Assembly: GCF_963921235.1 (NCBI RefSeq)
Contig: NC_086097.1
Span: 198,340,001-198,404,000 of the forward strand
DNA from: Mobula hypostoma
Taxonomy: Eukaryota
Reading direction: 5' to 3'
Length of the DNA stretch: 64,000 nt
Shown: positions 1 through 12,189 of the stretch, piece by piece
Position numbering within the stretch: the stretch's first letter is position 1
Layout of the letters: each line of letters starts with the position of its first letter
Made by a program: the position numbers and the translations under genes
Notes under the pieces: model-generated
What the model was told of the DNA's origin: nothing
The model's database searches: none
What the model saw: the letters and a program-made list of their open reading frames with translations, nothing else

Positions 1-2650
1 AAAGACATAAAAGACAGGGAAGAGAGAGAGCCAAGAAACAAACTGCCTTGATTGTCAACGCCTATGGATTCACCAAGCAGCTGCTAGGCCAGAAGCAGAG
101 TGGGTACTCTGCATGTTTCAAACAAGAGAGGAATCTATACCTTCAGAAAACCCTAGCACCTTAGTAGGTTCTCCTCCGCATGTGGTTGAGTTCTATGGCA
201 GGAAGCCCAGTTGGAAGGAGATCCAGAAAGTAGACAGAGCAGTCGGAGCCAGTTCTGCCCAGGTCCCAGTGGAGTACCCTACAAGGTGTACAAGCACAGC
301 CCTAAGCTCCTCCAGCTACTTTGGAAATTCCTTAGGGTTGTCTGGCATAGGGGAAAGGTTGTGGACCAGTGGAGGTGTGCAGAGGGAATCTGGATCCCAA
401 AGAGGTGAACTCAAAGGACACTGAGCAGCTTGGATTCATCTCACTGCTCCTATGGAAGGAAAGGTGTTTTCATTATCTTTCCCTGTTGCCTGACAGAATT
501 TTTCCTCAAAAATAACTACATTGATACATCTGTACAGAAAGGAGGGATTCCTAGAGTGCCAAGGTGTTTGGAACACACAGCTATGGTTTCCCAGCTGAAC
601 AGGGAAGTGTGCGAAGAAAAGAGGGCCTTAGACATACTATGGCTAGATCTTGCCAACGATTATGTGTCATTATCACATAAGATGGTGGAAATTGCACTGA
701 ATCAACGTCATGTTCTAAGGAGGATAAAGGACCTCATCCTGGACTACTATGGGAACTTCAGATTGAGGGTGTCCTCAGGAACAACCACATCAGCTGGCAC
801 CAACTTGAGAAGGGTATTATAACCAGATGTGCAATCCCAGTGATCCTCTACTCCCTGAACATGGGCATGCTGATTAAAGAGGCTGAAGTGGAGTGTAGAG
901 GTTCTCTGACTGAGATAGGCATGCAGCAGCTTCAATTGGAGCCTTTTATGGATGACCTCATGGTGACAACCACATCAGTCCCGGGCAGCAGATAGATCCT
1001 CCTGAGGCTAAAGAAGATCATTGCATAGGCAAGGATGAGCTTTAAGCCAGAGAGATCCATGTCTCTGGTGTTAAAGAAAGGCAGACTGGGAACAAGTTCC
1101 ATTACTCTTTGGATGGTATTGCTATTCCACCCGTCTCTGAGAAACCAGTCAAGAGCCTGGCGAAGGTCTTTGACTGCAACTTTAGAAATGCGACTGCCTT
1201 CCAGAAGACCACCAAGGAGCTAGACGTCTGGCTGACCAGTGCGGACAAGTCAGACCTAGCAGGCAAGTTCAAGGCCTGGATCTACCAGCATGGCATCTTC
1301 CCCAAATCCTCTGGCCAATGCTGATATATGAGGTATCCATGCCAACAGTTGAGGCTCTTGAAAGAAAGATCAATGGCTACCGTCGAAGATGGCTAGGCCT
1401 CCCACATTGCCAGAGCAGCATTATTCTGTATGGGAAGAGGAAGAAACTTCAGCTTCCCTTCAGTAGCCTAAATGGAGAGTTTATGGTTTCCTATACGAAA
1501 GAATTGCTGTTGTACACAGATTTCAACAACTCCAAAGTCCTAACAGCAGCTATTGAGGTCCAGACAGGCAGGAAATGGAAGGCCAAGAACGCAGTAGAGA
1601 TGGCTGAGGTACAGGGATCTGGTAGGGATAGTGGCGTCTGGTCAGGCAGGGCTGGGCATCTTTCCGTCTACCTGTTTTTACAGGGCCCAGGGCAGGGACA
1701 GATGCAAAATGGAAGAGTTGTGAGCAGCTGTCAAGGAAGAGCTGTAGAGGATGGTAGGAATGGGGCAGCAGGGAGCAAGATGGGAGGGTGCCCTGAACTG
1801 AAAGAGCTACTGGTTCAACATCTGGTAGAGAGAACCCCAGCACATCAAGTTTATGATCCAGGCTGGGTACAATATCCTGCCTAGTCCAGTGAATTTGTTT
1901 AGCAAAGGGACTTAGGAACATATTTTCAGCAGCTGCGCAACAGCCCAGGGAGAAGGCTGCTGCCACTGATGCCATGATCAGGTGCTGAAGGTAGTGGCAG
2001 AAAATATCTCTTTGGCCACTAACATCAGTAAGTGCCTCTGCCAACCTAGAAACCCCATAGCCTTTGTCAAAGTTGAAGATCAACTACAGCCTCAGCCTAG
2101 ATCACCAGCAGGCTTACTCACCATGGCTTATGATTGGCAACTGAAAGTCAATCTTGGCAAGTAAATAAAGTTCCCTGACTTCCAAGGTCATTCTGTCAGA
2201 AACCCAAAAGCTGTGGTCATGGTAGAACTGACTATGCCTTGGGAAGACAAGATTAAAGAGGTGTTTCAGCATAAGAAGACCAAACACCATGGCCTGGTAG
2301 AGCAGTGCCAGAGACAGAGGTAGAGAACATGTTGCTAGCCTATAGAGGTGGGGTGTCGAGGTTTTACTGGCTGTTCACTCCCCATAACCTATTCTCTCCT
2401 TAGTATTATAGGGTTTACAAAATGAAGACCCATCAGGATTGTCACAGAGGCCTCTGAGTGTGCCTACAGTTGGCTATGGATCAAGAGGTGTGAACTATGG
2501 ACCAATGCTGCCGGAACACAAGCGCGGGGCCTGATCAACCCTGACTGGATCACCTGCGCGAGGGTGCCTGATTTGGAAAGACCCGAGACACCTGATGACC
2601 CCAGGTTACATCACTGATGATGTGCCCCAGAGCATCATAGGATGTATCTC
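1..2650 (+). mobile_element. Decayed HERO/NeSL-like (R2-group, RLE) non-LTR retrotransposon; 5' part lies outside the window
   Basis: RT fragments IDTSVQKGGIP..CLEHT..LWLDLAN (430-822) and FMDD (~945). Also GKFKAWIYQHGI (1109-1324) and RRWLGLP. Restriction-like endonuclease motif VELTMPWED...PIEVGCRGF at ~2222-2365. Many stops and frameshifts. Confidence 0.88.
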
Positions 2651-2921
2651 AGATTTACGTATATTGAAGTTCATTTCTTAATGTTTTGCTTATCATATTT
2701 CATGACTTGTTACATAAGCATCCTTCAATGACTGAGAAAATCAAATGGAGTGTAAGACTGGCCATGTAACTATTAACCATAAGGGATTTCATCCGGCTCT
2801 AATTTTAATGATGAAAATATTGTAGTTAATTAATAAATATCTTTTGTCCCAATTAATCTCTGAAGCAGTGTGATCCCTAACTTTAATACAGCATTCATTC
2901 TCATATCCATCAATGACATTC

Positions 2922-5900
2922 AATCAATACGTGGCTGAGAGGATGGTGCAGGAGGGAGGGCTTCAGGTTTTTAGATAATTGGGCTTTGTTCCAGGGAAGG
3001 TGGGATCTGTTCCGACGGGATGGTTCATATCTGAACTGGAGGGGTATTAACATTCTTGCAGGAAAGTTTGCTAGTGCTGCTTGGGGGGGGGGGGTTTAAA
3101 CTAAATTTACAGGGGGCAGGGATCCAGAATGTGAGAGAGGATAGCGAGATGAAGTATAAAGGACAGGTGGGGACTACACGGTTCCGGAATATTAAGTGTG
3201 AAGCAGAGAAAGGTGAGGCGGAACGAGTGATAAGGAGGATACATGTGCAGAGGGATGGTCTGATGGAGCATGGAGTTAAATGTGCAGAAAGAGTAAGTAA
3301 ATTTAAGAAGGACAACAAAATTCAAGGGGCGTATAGCCCGGTGAGAGTTCGGGGAGTTGGGTTATGCACAATAGGCAGCGATTTAAACAAAGAGAGGAGA
3401 AATGGGTTAAAAATTCTATATCTGAATGCACGAAGTGTCAGAAATAAGGTGGATGAGCTTGAAGCTCAGGTGCGAATGGGTAACTATGATGTTGTTGGGA
3501 TAACGGAGACATGGCTGCAGGGGGATCAGACCTGGGAATTGAATGTACAAGGGTATACGTGCTATCGAAGGGACAGAAAGGTGGGCAGAGGGGGTGGGGT
3601 GGCCCTGTTGGTGAGGAATGAGATTCAGTCCCTTGCAAGGGGGGGACATAGAATCAGGAGAAGTAGAGTCAGTGTGGATAGAACTGAGGAACAGTAAGGG
3701 CAAAAAGACCCTAATAGGTGTTATCTACAGGCCCCCAAACAGTAGCATGGATATTGGGTGCGAGTTGAATAGGGAGTTCGCAATGGCATGTGGCAAAGGA
3801 AATGTCGCAGTAGTTATGGGGGATTTCAACATGCAGGTGAACTGGGAAAATCGGGTTGGTACTGGACCCCAGGATAGGGAGTTTGTAGAGTGCCTATGGG
3901 GTGCATTTTGGAGCAGCTTGTACGAGAGCCGACCAGGGATAAGGCTATTCTGGATTTAGTGTGCAATGAACAGGATTTGATAAGTGATCTTGAAGTAAAG
4001 GAGCCATTAGGAGGTAGTGACCATAATATGATAAGTTTTTATCTGCAAGTTGAGAGGGATAAGGGCAGATCAGAAGTGTCAGTATTGCAGTCGAACAAAA
4101 GAGACTATGGAGCCATGAGGGAGGAGCTGGCCAAAGTTGACTGGTCGGATATCCTAGCAGAAAAGACAGTGGAACAGCAATGGCAGGTATTCTTGGGAAT
4201 AATGCACAAGGTGCAAAATCAGTTCATCCCCCGGAGAAGCAAGGATTCAAAGGGGGGAAAGTGGCCACAGTGGTTGACAAAGGAAGTCAGAGATAGCATA
4301 GCATTAAAAAAGAAGTATAACAGAGCTAAGGTGAGTGGGAAGACGGATGATTGGGAAATTTTTAAGGAGAAACAGAACTTAACTAAAAAGGCAATATGGG
4401 GAGAAAAAATGAGGTATGAACACAAGCTAGCTAGGAATATAAAGGAGGATAGCAAAAGTTTTTTTAGGTATGTGAAGAGAAGGAAGATTGTTAAGAACAA
4501 TGTTGGGCCCTTGAAGAATGAATTGGGAGAAATTGTTATGGGAAACAGAGAAATGGCAGACGAATTTAATAAGTACTTTGGATCTGTCTTCACTAGGGAA
4601 GACACAAGCAATCTCCCAGATGTATGGGTGGGCCAAGGACATAGGGTAACAGAGGAACTGAAACAGATTGACATTAGGAAGGAAACGGTGATGAGTAGAC
4701 TGATGGGACTGAAGGCTAATAAATCCCCAGGTCCGGATGGTCTGCATCCCAGGGTACTAAAGGAGGTGGCTCTGGAAATTGCAGATGCATTGGTGATCAT
4801 TTTCCAATGTTCCTTAGATTCAGAATCAGTTCCTGAGGATTGGCGAATGGCTAATATTATCCCACTTTTTAAGAAAGGAGGGAGGGAGAAAACAGAGAAC
4901 TATCGCCCTGTTAGCCTAACATCAGTAGTGGGGAAGATGCTGGAGTCCATTATTAAAGATGAAATAGCGGCATATCTTGAGAGCAGTGATAAGATTGGGC
5001 CGAGCCAGCATCGATTTACCAAGGGCAAATCATGCTTGACTAATCTATTGGAGTTTTTCGAGGATGTAACCAGGAAGATAGACGCAGGAGATCCAGTGGA
5101 TGTGGTGTACCTTGACTTTCAGAAGGCATTTGATAAGGTACCACATAGGAGATTGGTGGGTAAAATCAGAGCTCATGGCATTGGGGGGAGGATATTGACA
5201 TGGATAGAAAACTGGTTGGCAGATAGAAAGCAAAGGGTAGCAGTGAATGGTTGTTTCTCGGAATGGCAGGTGGTAACTAGTGGGGTGCCACAGGGCTCGG
5301 TATTGGGACCACAGCTGTTTACGATTTACGTCAATGATTTAGAGGAAGGCATTGTGAATAACATCAGCAAATTTGCTGATGATACTAAGCTGGGTGGCGG
5401 TGTGACATGTGATGAGGATGTTAGGAGAATTCAAGGTGACCTGGATAGGCTGGGTGAGTGGGCAGAAACTTGGCAGATGGCGTTTAATGTGAATAAGTGT
5501 GAGGTTATTCACTTTGGGAGCAAGAACAGGAAGGCAGATTATTATCTGAACGGTGTGGAGTTAGGTAAGGGTGAAATACAAAGAGATCTAAGAGTACTTG
5601 TTCATGAGTCTCTGAAGGTGAATGAGCAAGTGCAGCAGGCAGTGAAGAAGGCTAATGGAATGTTGGCCTTTATTACAAAGGGAATTGAGTACAAGAGCAA
5701 GGAAATCCTTTTGCATTTGTACAGGGCCCTGGTGAGGCCACACCTGGAGTATTGTGTGCAGTTTTGGGCTCCAGGGTTAAGGAAGGACATCCTGGCTGTG
5801 GAGGAGGTGCAGCGTAGGTTCACTAGGTTAATTCCCAGGATGTCTGGACTGTCTTACGCAGAGAGGTTAGAGAGACTGGGCTTGTACACGCTGGAATTAA

Positions 5901-6299
5901 GGAGATTGAGGGGGGATCTGATTGAGACATATATGATTATTAAGGGATTGGACAAGATAGAGGCAGGAAATATGTTCCAGATGCTGGGAGAGTCCAGTAC
6001 CAGAGGGCATGGTTTAAGAATAAGGGGTAGGTCATTTAGGACAGAGTTGAGGAGGAACTTCTTCTCCCAGAGAGTTGTGGAGGTGTGGAACGCGCTGCCT
6101 CAGAAGGCAGTGGAGGCCAATTCTCTGGATGCTTTCAAGAAGGAGCTAGATAGGTATCTTATGGATAGGGGAATCAAGGGTTATGGGGACAAGGCAGGAA
6201 CCGGGTATTGATAGTAGATGATCAGCCATGATCTCAGAATGGCAGTGCAGGCTCGAAGGGCCGAATGGTCTACTTCTGCACCTATTGTCTATTGTCTAT
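2922..6299 (+). mobile_element. CR1 LINE, 5'-truncated, relatively young; end of ORF1 esterase, ORF2 (APE+RT) and 3' tail
   Basis: ORF1 end WLRGWCRREGFRFLDNW. APE motifs LYLNARSVRNK, GITETW, YRPPN, MGDFN, SDH. RT motifs [23 protein letters not shown]. Tail cctattgtctattgtctat. Two frameshifts in the APE domain (~3640, ~3897). Confidence 0.95.
3890..6211 (+). CDS. CR1 ORF2 fragment (end of APE, uninterrupted RT and C-terminus); cut off from its N-terminus by upstream frameshifts
   Basis: 773-aa ORF with [52 protein letters not shown] and RGH motifs. Confidence 0.85.
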   Translation: MPMGCILEQLVREPTRDKAILDLVCNEQDLISDLEVKEPLGGSDHNMISFYLQVERDKGRSEVSVLQSNKRDYGAMREELAKVDWSDILAEKTVEQQWQVFLGIMHKVQNQFIPRRSKDSKGGKWPQWLTKEVRDSIALKKKYNRAKVSGKTDDWEIFKEKQNLTKKAIWGEKMRYEHKLARNIKEDSKSFFRYVKRRKIVKNNVGPLKNELGEIVMGNREMADEFNKYFGSVFTREDTSNLPDVWVGQGHRVTEELKQIDIRKETVMSRLMGLKANKSPGPDGLHPRVLKEVALEIADALVIIFQCSLDSESVPEDWRMANIIPLFKKGGREKTENYRPVSLTSVVGKMLESIIKDEIAAYLESSDKIGPSQHRFTKGKSCLTNLLEFFEDVTRKIDAGDPVDVVYLDFQKAFDKVPHRRLVGKIRAHGIGGRILTWIENWLADRKQRVAVNGCFSEWQVVTSGVPQGSVLGPQLFTIYVNDLEEGIVNNISKFADDTKLGGGVTCDEDVRRIQGDLDRLGEWAETWQMAFNVNKCEVIHFGSKNRKADYYLNGVELGKGEIQRDLRVLVHESLKVNEQVQQAVKKANGMLAFITKGIEYKSKEILLHLYRALVRPHLEYCVQFWAPGLRKDILAVEEVQRRFTRLIPRMSGLSYAERLERLGLYTLELRRLRGDLIETYMIIKGLDKIEAGNMFQMLGESSTRGHGLRIRGRSFRTELRRNFFSQRVVEVWNALPQKAVEANSLDAFKKELDRYLMDRGIKGYGDKAGTGY

Positions 6300-6749
6300 A
6301 ATTAAGAAATCAAAAAAGACAACTACTTTCATTTACTTACCACCTTCCTAACTTTTTCATTTTTATTGACTACAAGTTAACAAAACCATTTTTTGCAGTA
6401 ATTTTGTAAGTAGCATGGAAGACTGCAGATCATCATACCAAGTCAATTGTATATTCCTTGCTTTATTTCAGGTATGGAAAGGAACAAAATCTGCTGAAGG
6501 ATTGTGAGGTCTGCTTTCATTAAAATAAAATAAATTTTGATGATCTCATTGTGAAAATTGTTCAAGAAGCAATTGAGAGTCTAGGAGACTAATGGAAAAT
6601 ATATCTGCAAAAGGTAAGGGCATTGCATTATGAATGAATGACTATGGTGATATAATTCCAATACAAGTTTATATTGACCCACAGGATCAAACTGTTATGC
6701 CTGTTGAATGAGAAGAGCAGCATGGCCATATAATCTACCTAACTTCTAG

Positions 6750-8357
6750 AAACATAGAAACATAGAAAATAGGTGCAGGAGTAGGCCATTCGGCCCTTTG
6801 AGCCTGCACCGCCATTTATTATGATCATGGCTGATCATCCAACTCAGAACCCCGCCCCAGCCTTCCCTCCATACCCCCTGATCCCCGTAGCCACAAGGGC
6901 CATATCTAACTCCCCCTTAAATATAGCCAATGAACTGGCCTCAACTGTTTCCTGTGGCAGAGAATTCCACAGATTCACCACTCTCTGTGTGAAGAAGTTT
7001 TTCCTAATCTCGGTCCTAAAAGGCTTCCCCTCTATCCTCAAACTGTGACCTCTTGTTCTGGAATTCCCCAACATCGGGAACAATCTTCCTGCATCTAGCC
7101 TGTCCAATCCCTTTAGGATTTTATACGTTTCAATCAGATCCCCCCTCAATCTTCTAAATTCCAACGAGTACAAGCCCAGTTCATCCAGTCTTTCTTCATA
7201 TGAAAGTCCTGCCATCCCAGGAATCAATCTGGTGAACCTTCTTTGTACTCCCTCTATGGCAAGGATGTCTTTCCTCAGATTAGGGGACCAAAACTGCACA
7301 CAATACTCCAGGTGTGGTCTCACCAAGGCCTTGTACAACTGCAGCAGTACCTCCCTGCTCCTGTACTCGAATCCTCTCGCTATAAATGCCAGCATACCAT
7401 TCGCCTTTTTCACCGCCTGCTGTACCTGCATGCCCACTTTCAATGACTAGTGTATAATGACACCCAGGTCTCGTTGCACTTCCCCTTTTCCTAATCGGCC
7501 ACCATTCAGATAATAATCTGTTTTCCTATTTTTGCCACCAAAGTGGATAACTTCACATTTATCCACATTAAATTGCATCTGCCATGAATTTGCCCACTCA
7601 CCCAACCTATCCAAGTCACTCTGCATCCTCCTCACAGCTAACACTGCCACCCAGCTTCGTGTCATCCGCAAACTTGGAGATGCTGCATTTAATTCCCTCA
7701 TCCAAATCATTAATATATATTGTAAACAACTGGGGTCCCAGCACTGTGCCTTGCGGTACCCCACTAGTCACTGCCTGCCATTCTGAAAAGGTCACGTTTA
7801 TTCCCATTCTTTGCTTCCTGTCTGCTAACCAATTCTCCATCCACATCAATACCTTACCCCCAATACCGTGTGCTTTAAATTTGCACACTAATCTCCTGTG
7901 TGGGACCTTGTCAAAAGCCTTTTGAAAATCCAAATATACCACATCCACTGGTTCTCCCCTATCCACTCTACTAGATACATCCTCAAAAAATTCTGTGAGA
8001 TTCGTCAGACATGATTTTCCTTTCACAAATCCATGCTGACTTTGTCCGGTGATTTCACCGCTTTCCAAATGTGCTGTTATCACATCTTTGATAACTGACT
8101 CCAGCAGTTTCCCCACCACCGACGTTAGGCTAACCGGTCTATAATTCCCCGGTTTCTCTCTCCCTCCTTTTTTAAAAAGTGGGGTTACATTAGCCACGCT
8201 CCAATCCTCAGGAACTAGTCCAGAATCTAACGAGTTTTGAAAAATTATCACTAATGCATCCACTATTTCTTGGGCTACTTTCTTAAGCACTCTCGGATGC
8301 AGACCATCTGGCCCTGGGGATTTATCTGCTTTCAATCCCTTCAATTTACCTAACACC
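6750..8357 (-). mobile_element. CR1 LINE, 5'-truncated (RT and 3' end)
   Basis: ORFs 7616..8359, 7447..7764 and 6844..7443 encode CR1 RT. (GAAACATA)n tail at ~6750. ACTTCTAG on both flanks (6742-6749, 8358-8365) is a possible TSD. Confidence 0.93.
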
Positions 8358-9454
8358 ACTTCTAGTAAATTTTTGCTGATTATATACTCTCAATCTACAA
8401 CATGGAACATTTCACATATTGTATGAATGAAAGATAAATATTTATATTCATACCACATACAAAATAATTACGGCTGATTTATTTGCATTTCTTTGAAGCA
8501 TCAAAGCTCTCTGATGACAAGTCTGTAACTTTCCACCATCTTCTATTTTGTTATTCTATTAATGATATTCTCTTCATCTGAGACATTGACTGATGTATAT
8601 ATTTTACTGATATAATCAGTGAAATAAATTATCAACTTTCTTACCCACTTAAAGTTAATAAATTAATTTGTTAGAAAGAGACCAATTGATGTTCTGTTGT
8701 CCAAATTCTACAAATTAATTATATGCATTCAAAAAATAGCTAGCAAAGACCCATATCCATGTTACTTGCCATGTGAATTCATTCATAAGAAGAAATCCCA
8801 AATAAATGGAATAAATGTTTTTGATGCTGTTTTTCTGAGGTTTTGCTGTCCCTTCCATTGGATGGAGGAGAACAACACTGGGAATATCAACAGCATAATA
8901 TTTATTTATCCTATTGTGCAAAGCCTTTGACCTGAGTATTAATTCCATTTCATTTTCCACCTGCTGAGCATATGAGTATATGCATCTTTTTCTTTTTAAT
9001 TTGCTTAAGTAAAATGCAATCTTTCATAATTTTTGCATATGAAGATTGTTTTGCAAACTGTGCCTGTAGCACGTTAATGAAGATTTCTAAGGCTGTAAAG
9101 CTACAACAGAATGCCTGCTCTGGAAATCCAGCTGTTTCATTGTTAGATGAAAACTATATCAGGTGCATCAAGTGCCTTACTGCGCTGCCTGAATTGTGCA
9201 TCATCCAATTTTCAGCTTCCTAGCACTGGCTTTTCAAATACCACATAGATCTCCATATATTGATAGTACTTCATAATCTGCGAATGCAGAAATCAGAAAG
9301 CTTTCAACACAATCAGACTGGTAAATATATATTTAGAATTCCAAAATGTTGAAAACTAATTGTTCATAATAATAAATAATCACATGTAACAAAAATATTT
9401 AGAATATCAAACAGAACACGCCAATTACAGTTAGAAACATTGAATTCCCAATTC

Positions 9455-10380
9455 ATGAACACAAGAAATTCTGCAGATGCTAGAAATCCAGAGCAAAACT
9501 CACCAAATGCTGGAGGAGCTCAGTGGGTCAGACAGCATCTATGGAAATAAACAAAACAATCAACGTTTCAGGCCGAGGTCCTTCACCATGACCAGAAATA
9601 AAAGGTGAAGATGCCAGAATAAGAAGATGGGAGAGGGGATGGAGGACAAGCAAGAAGGTAAGAGGTGAAGCCAGACAGGTGGTGGAGGAGGATGAAGAAA
9701 GAAGCTGAGAGGTGATTGGTGGAAAAGGTAAGGGTCTGGAGAGGAAAGAATCTGGTAGGAGAGGAACATGGACCATGGGAGAAAGGGAAGGAGGAAGGGC
9801 AACAAGAGGAGGTGACAGGCAGGTGAGCAGAAGAGTGGGGAATAGGAAAATAGGGATATGGAAGTGGAATAAATTATTGGAAGTTGAAAAATTGATGTTC
9901 ATGCCATCAGGTTGGAGGCAACCTAGATGGGGCAGCATGGTAGCATCATGGTTAGAACAATGCTTTACAGTACAGGCGACCTGGGTTCAATTCCCGCTGC
10001 TGTCTGTAAGGAGTTTGTAAGTTCTCCCTGTGACTATGTGGGCTTCCTCCAGGTGCTACAGTTTCCTCCCACAGTCCAAAGACATACCGGTTAGTAGGTT
10101 AATTGGTCATTGTAAATTGTCCCATGATTAAGCTAGGGTTAAATCAAGGGTTGCTGGGCAGTGTGGCTCGAAGGGCCTGCCAAGGGCTTTTCAAGCACTG
10201 TACCTCAACTAACTAACAAATAAATAAATAAATAGGAAGTGTTGCTCCTCCAACCTGAGAGTGGCTTTATCATTGCAGAAGGGACCATGGACTGACATAT
10301 CGGAGTGGGAATGAGGATAGGAATTAAAATGGTTGGCCTCTAGGAAATTCTGCTTTTGGTGGATGAAGTGGAGGTGTCCC
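9455..10380 (-). mobile_element. Penelope-like element 3' fragment (GIY-YIG C-terminus and terminal region), interrupted by a SINE
   Basis: LGCLQPDGMNINFS matches the C-terminus of the ORF at 40157-41830 (LGSLQPLGMNIEFS). Purine-rich UTR. Degenerate hammerhead at 9559-9593. Confidence 0.8.
9929..10232 (+). mobile_element. tRNA-derived V-SINE (HE1-like)
   Basis: B-box-like GGTTCAATTCC, V-domain-like core (tgtgggcttcctccaggtgctacagtttcctcccacagtccaaagac), (AAAT)n tail. Confidence 0.8.
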
Positions 10381-11429
10381 AATTCATATGTCTTTTAATT
10401 ATACATATATCTACTGTACATTCAATTAAATTGTTACTGGGATTGCAACAATTTCTCCCATTTCTAATCATTGCTATACTTGAACATATTCTAATCTATT
10501 TTCAGATGCTCAGAGGAAAATTAACAGCCCTCGAATAAAGAATATCAGTTTCCCGCCGGTACTAATCTGCCTTTCCAGTCCATTCCACCCCAGTGGAAAA
10601 ACCTAGTTGGCTACTCTCTGATATTGGCACTGGTGGTCAGATATTCCTTATGAGTAGGGAAAGTGATATCCTTGGATTGTAACAGGAAGGCTTCCTATTG
10701 TTGCAGCTCATCAGCCCCGGTACTAGTTTTGGCTGGACAACTTGGGCATAGACTTTGATGGCTCGTATACTGGATTTTTTCTCCTGCAACAGAATAATTA
10801 ACTAACATTAATACACAAGTCAAAGTACATTGCAAAGCAATAATTTTTTAGTCCAAAATTTGATACTTTTCCAGTAGGGGTTTGAGAATCTAACTTTATT
10901 GTTTGCAGTTTGAATATTTATCTTTTTTGTGTGTTAAATCAAGTAAACATTACTTCCAATATCAAGTCAAACACACAGAAATCCACAAAATGCAACCTTG
11001 GTTGGTAGAATTGATATGACCTATACCAGTGCTTACATGTTCTACTCTGCCTCCTCAGTAAAGTAATGGAACTAAATTTTGGAAGTAGTGTAGAACATGC
11101 AGCTGTAGCAATATACTATACTACAAACAACAACTGAGTTTGTAGACGTGTACTACAAACCTGTTGAGAGGATAGAACATGGGCTAAATGGGTGAAGTGC
11201 TAATAAAATCTGCCTGTTTAAATATTGAGGAATATTATGACATAAATACAGAGTCACAAGTGAGTTCTGTAGTCTTAATGTCCAAGAGCAAATTTAACAA
11301 TTTTCTGGAACTGGTATAGATAATTTCAACTCATGTACTTCCATTGAAGGTGTAAAATTATTGGGAAACTGGAGGCTTTGTCAAGATGCCTCAGGGACTG
11401 TGGGAGAGTGCTCACTATTTCTCAGATCT

Positions 11430-11530
11430 GTTCTGCTGAAAGGTCACTGAACAGAAATAATAATTGCTTCACTCTGCAGAGATGCTGCAGGATATGCAGC
11501 ATATCTGCAGATTTTTTTTTGTTTTTATTT
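11430..11530 (+). mobile_element. Old Penelope-like terminal remnant
   Basis: ctgctgaaaggtcactgaacagaaa...cagagatgctgc...cagcat resembles the hammerhead/terminal block of the other Penelope ends in this window. Confidence 0.45.
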
Positions 11531-11800
11531 CTAACATCATGCAGAGAAAATGACTTGCCAGCTGCTCCAATTGGAAAGACAACAGCTTCAATGGAATAAA
11601 ATGGCTCTGCTATGAAAGTACAAACAACTTCCTTTGCACTACCAATACCTTTGATGGAATGGCAAAATGTAACCATGGCAAGCACTGGCAGCTCCCTAGT
11701 GGCTCTGGGGTTGCTCAATTGAAAGTAGGTGGTGTCTCAGATAATCAGTTACTTGACCTCCAGTAGATCAGTGGGAATGGCAGGTAAGTTGTTTATTATT

Positions 11801-12112
11801 GGGTGCAGCACAGCAGTGTAACAGTTAATGCATTGTTTTATAATGCTAATTGTAAGATCACGGTTCGATTCCCACTGCTATTTGTAAAGTGTTTGTACAT
11901 TTTCCGCATGTGGATTTCCTTGAGATGCTCTACTTTCCTTCCACGTTCCAAAGAACTCTGGTTATGGTTAGTAAGTTGTGGGCATGCAATATTGTCACTA
12001 GATATATGCTGACATTTGCAAACTGCCTGGCACAACACTTGCTGATTTGATTTGATGCAAAGGACGCATTTCATTATATGTTTCGATGTATATGCGACAA
12101 TTAAAGCTAACA
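11801..12112 (+). mobile_element. tRNA-derived V-SINE
   Basis: GGTTCGATTCCC B-box; degenerate V-domain similar to 9929-10232. Confidence 0.65.
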
Positions 12113-12189
12113 AGATCATAAGACCAGAAGATATTGCAGCAGAATTTGGCCATTTAGCCCAGTGAGTCTGCTCTGCCATTTCACCATGC

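Noticed and set aside
4219..4800. Antisense ORFs over CR1, Rex1 and Penelope coding regions (also 5602-5823, 7232-7450, 40844-41356 and others)
   Set aside because: These are shadow ORFs of TE coding strands with no independent motifs.
9929..10000. tRNA gene
   Set aside because: It is only the degenerate tRNA-derived head of a SINE; no cloverleaf can be formed.
10685..10720. Minus-strand CTGATGAG-CTG..TAG-GAAG resembling a hammerhead
   Set aside because: GAAA is replaced by GAAG, and no stem I, stem III or cleavage triplet can be formed.
10540..10785. Possible minus-strand terminal exon after a ttctgttgcag acceptor
   Set aside because: All frames are short, none gives a recognisable protein, and no partner exons were found.
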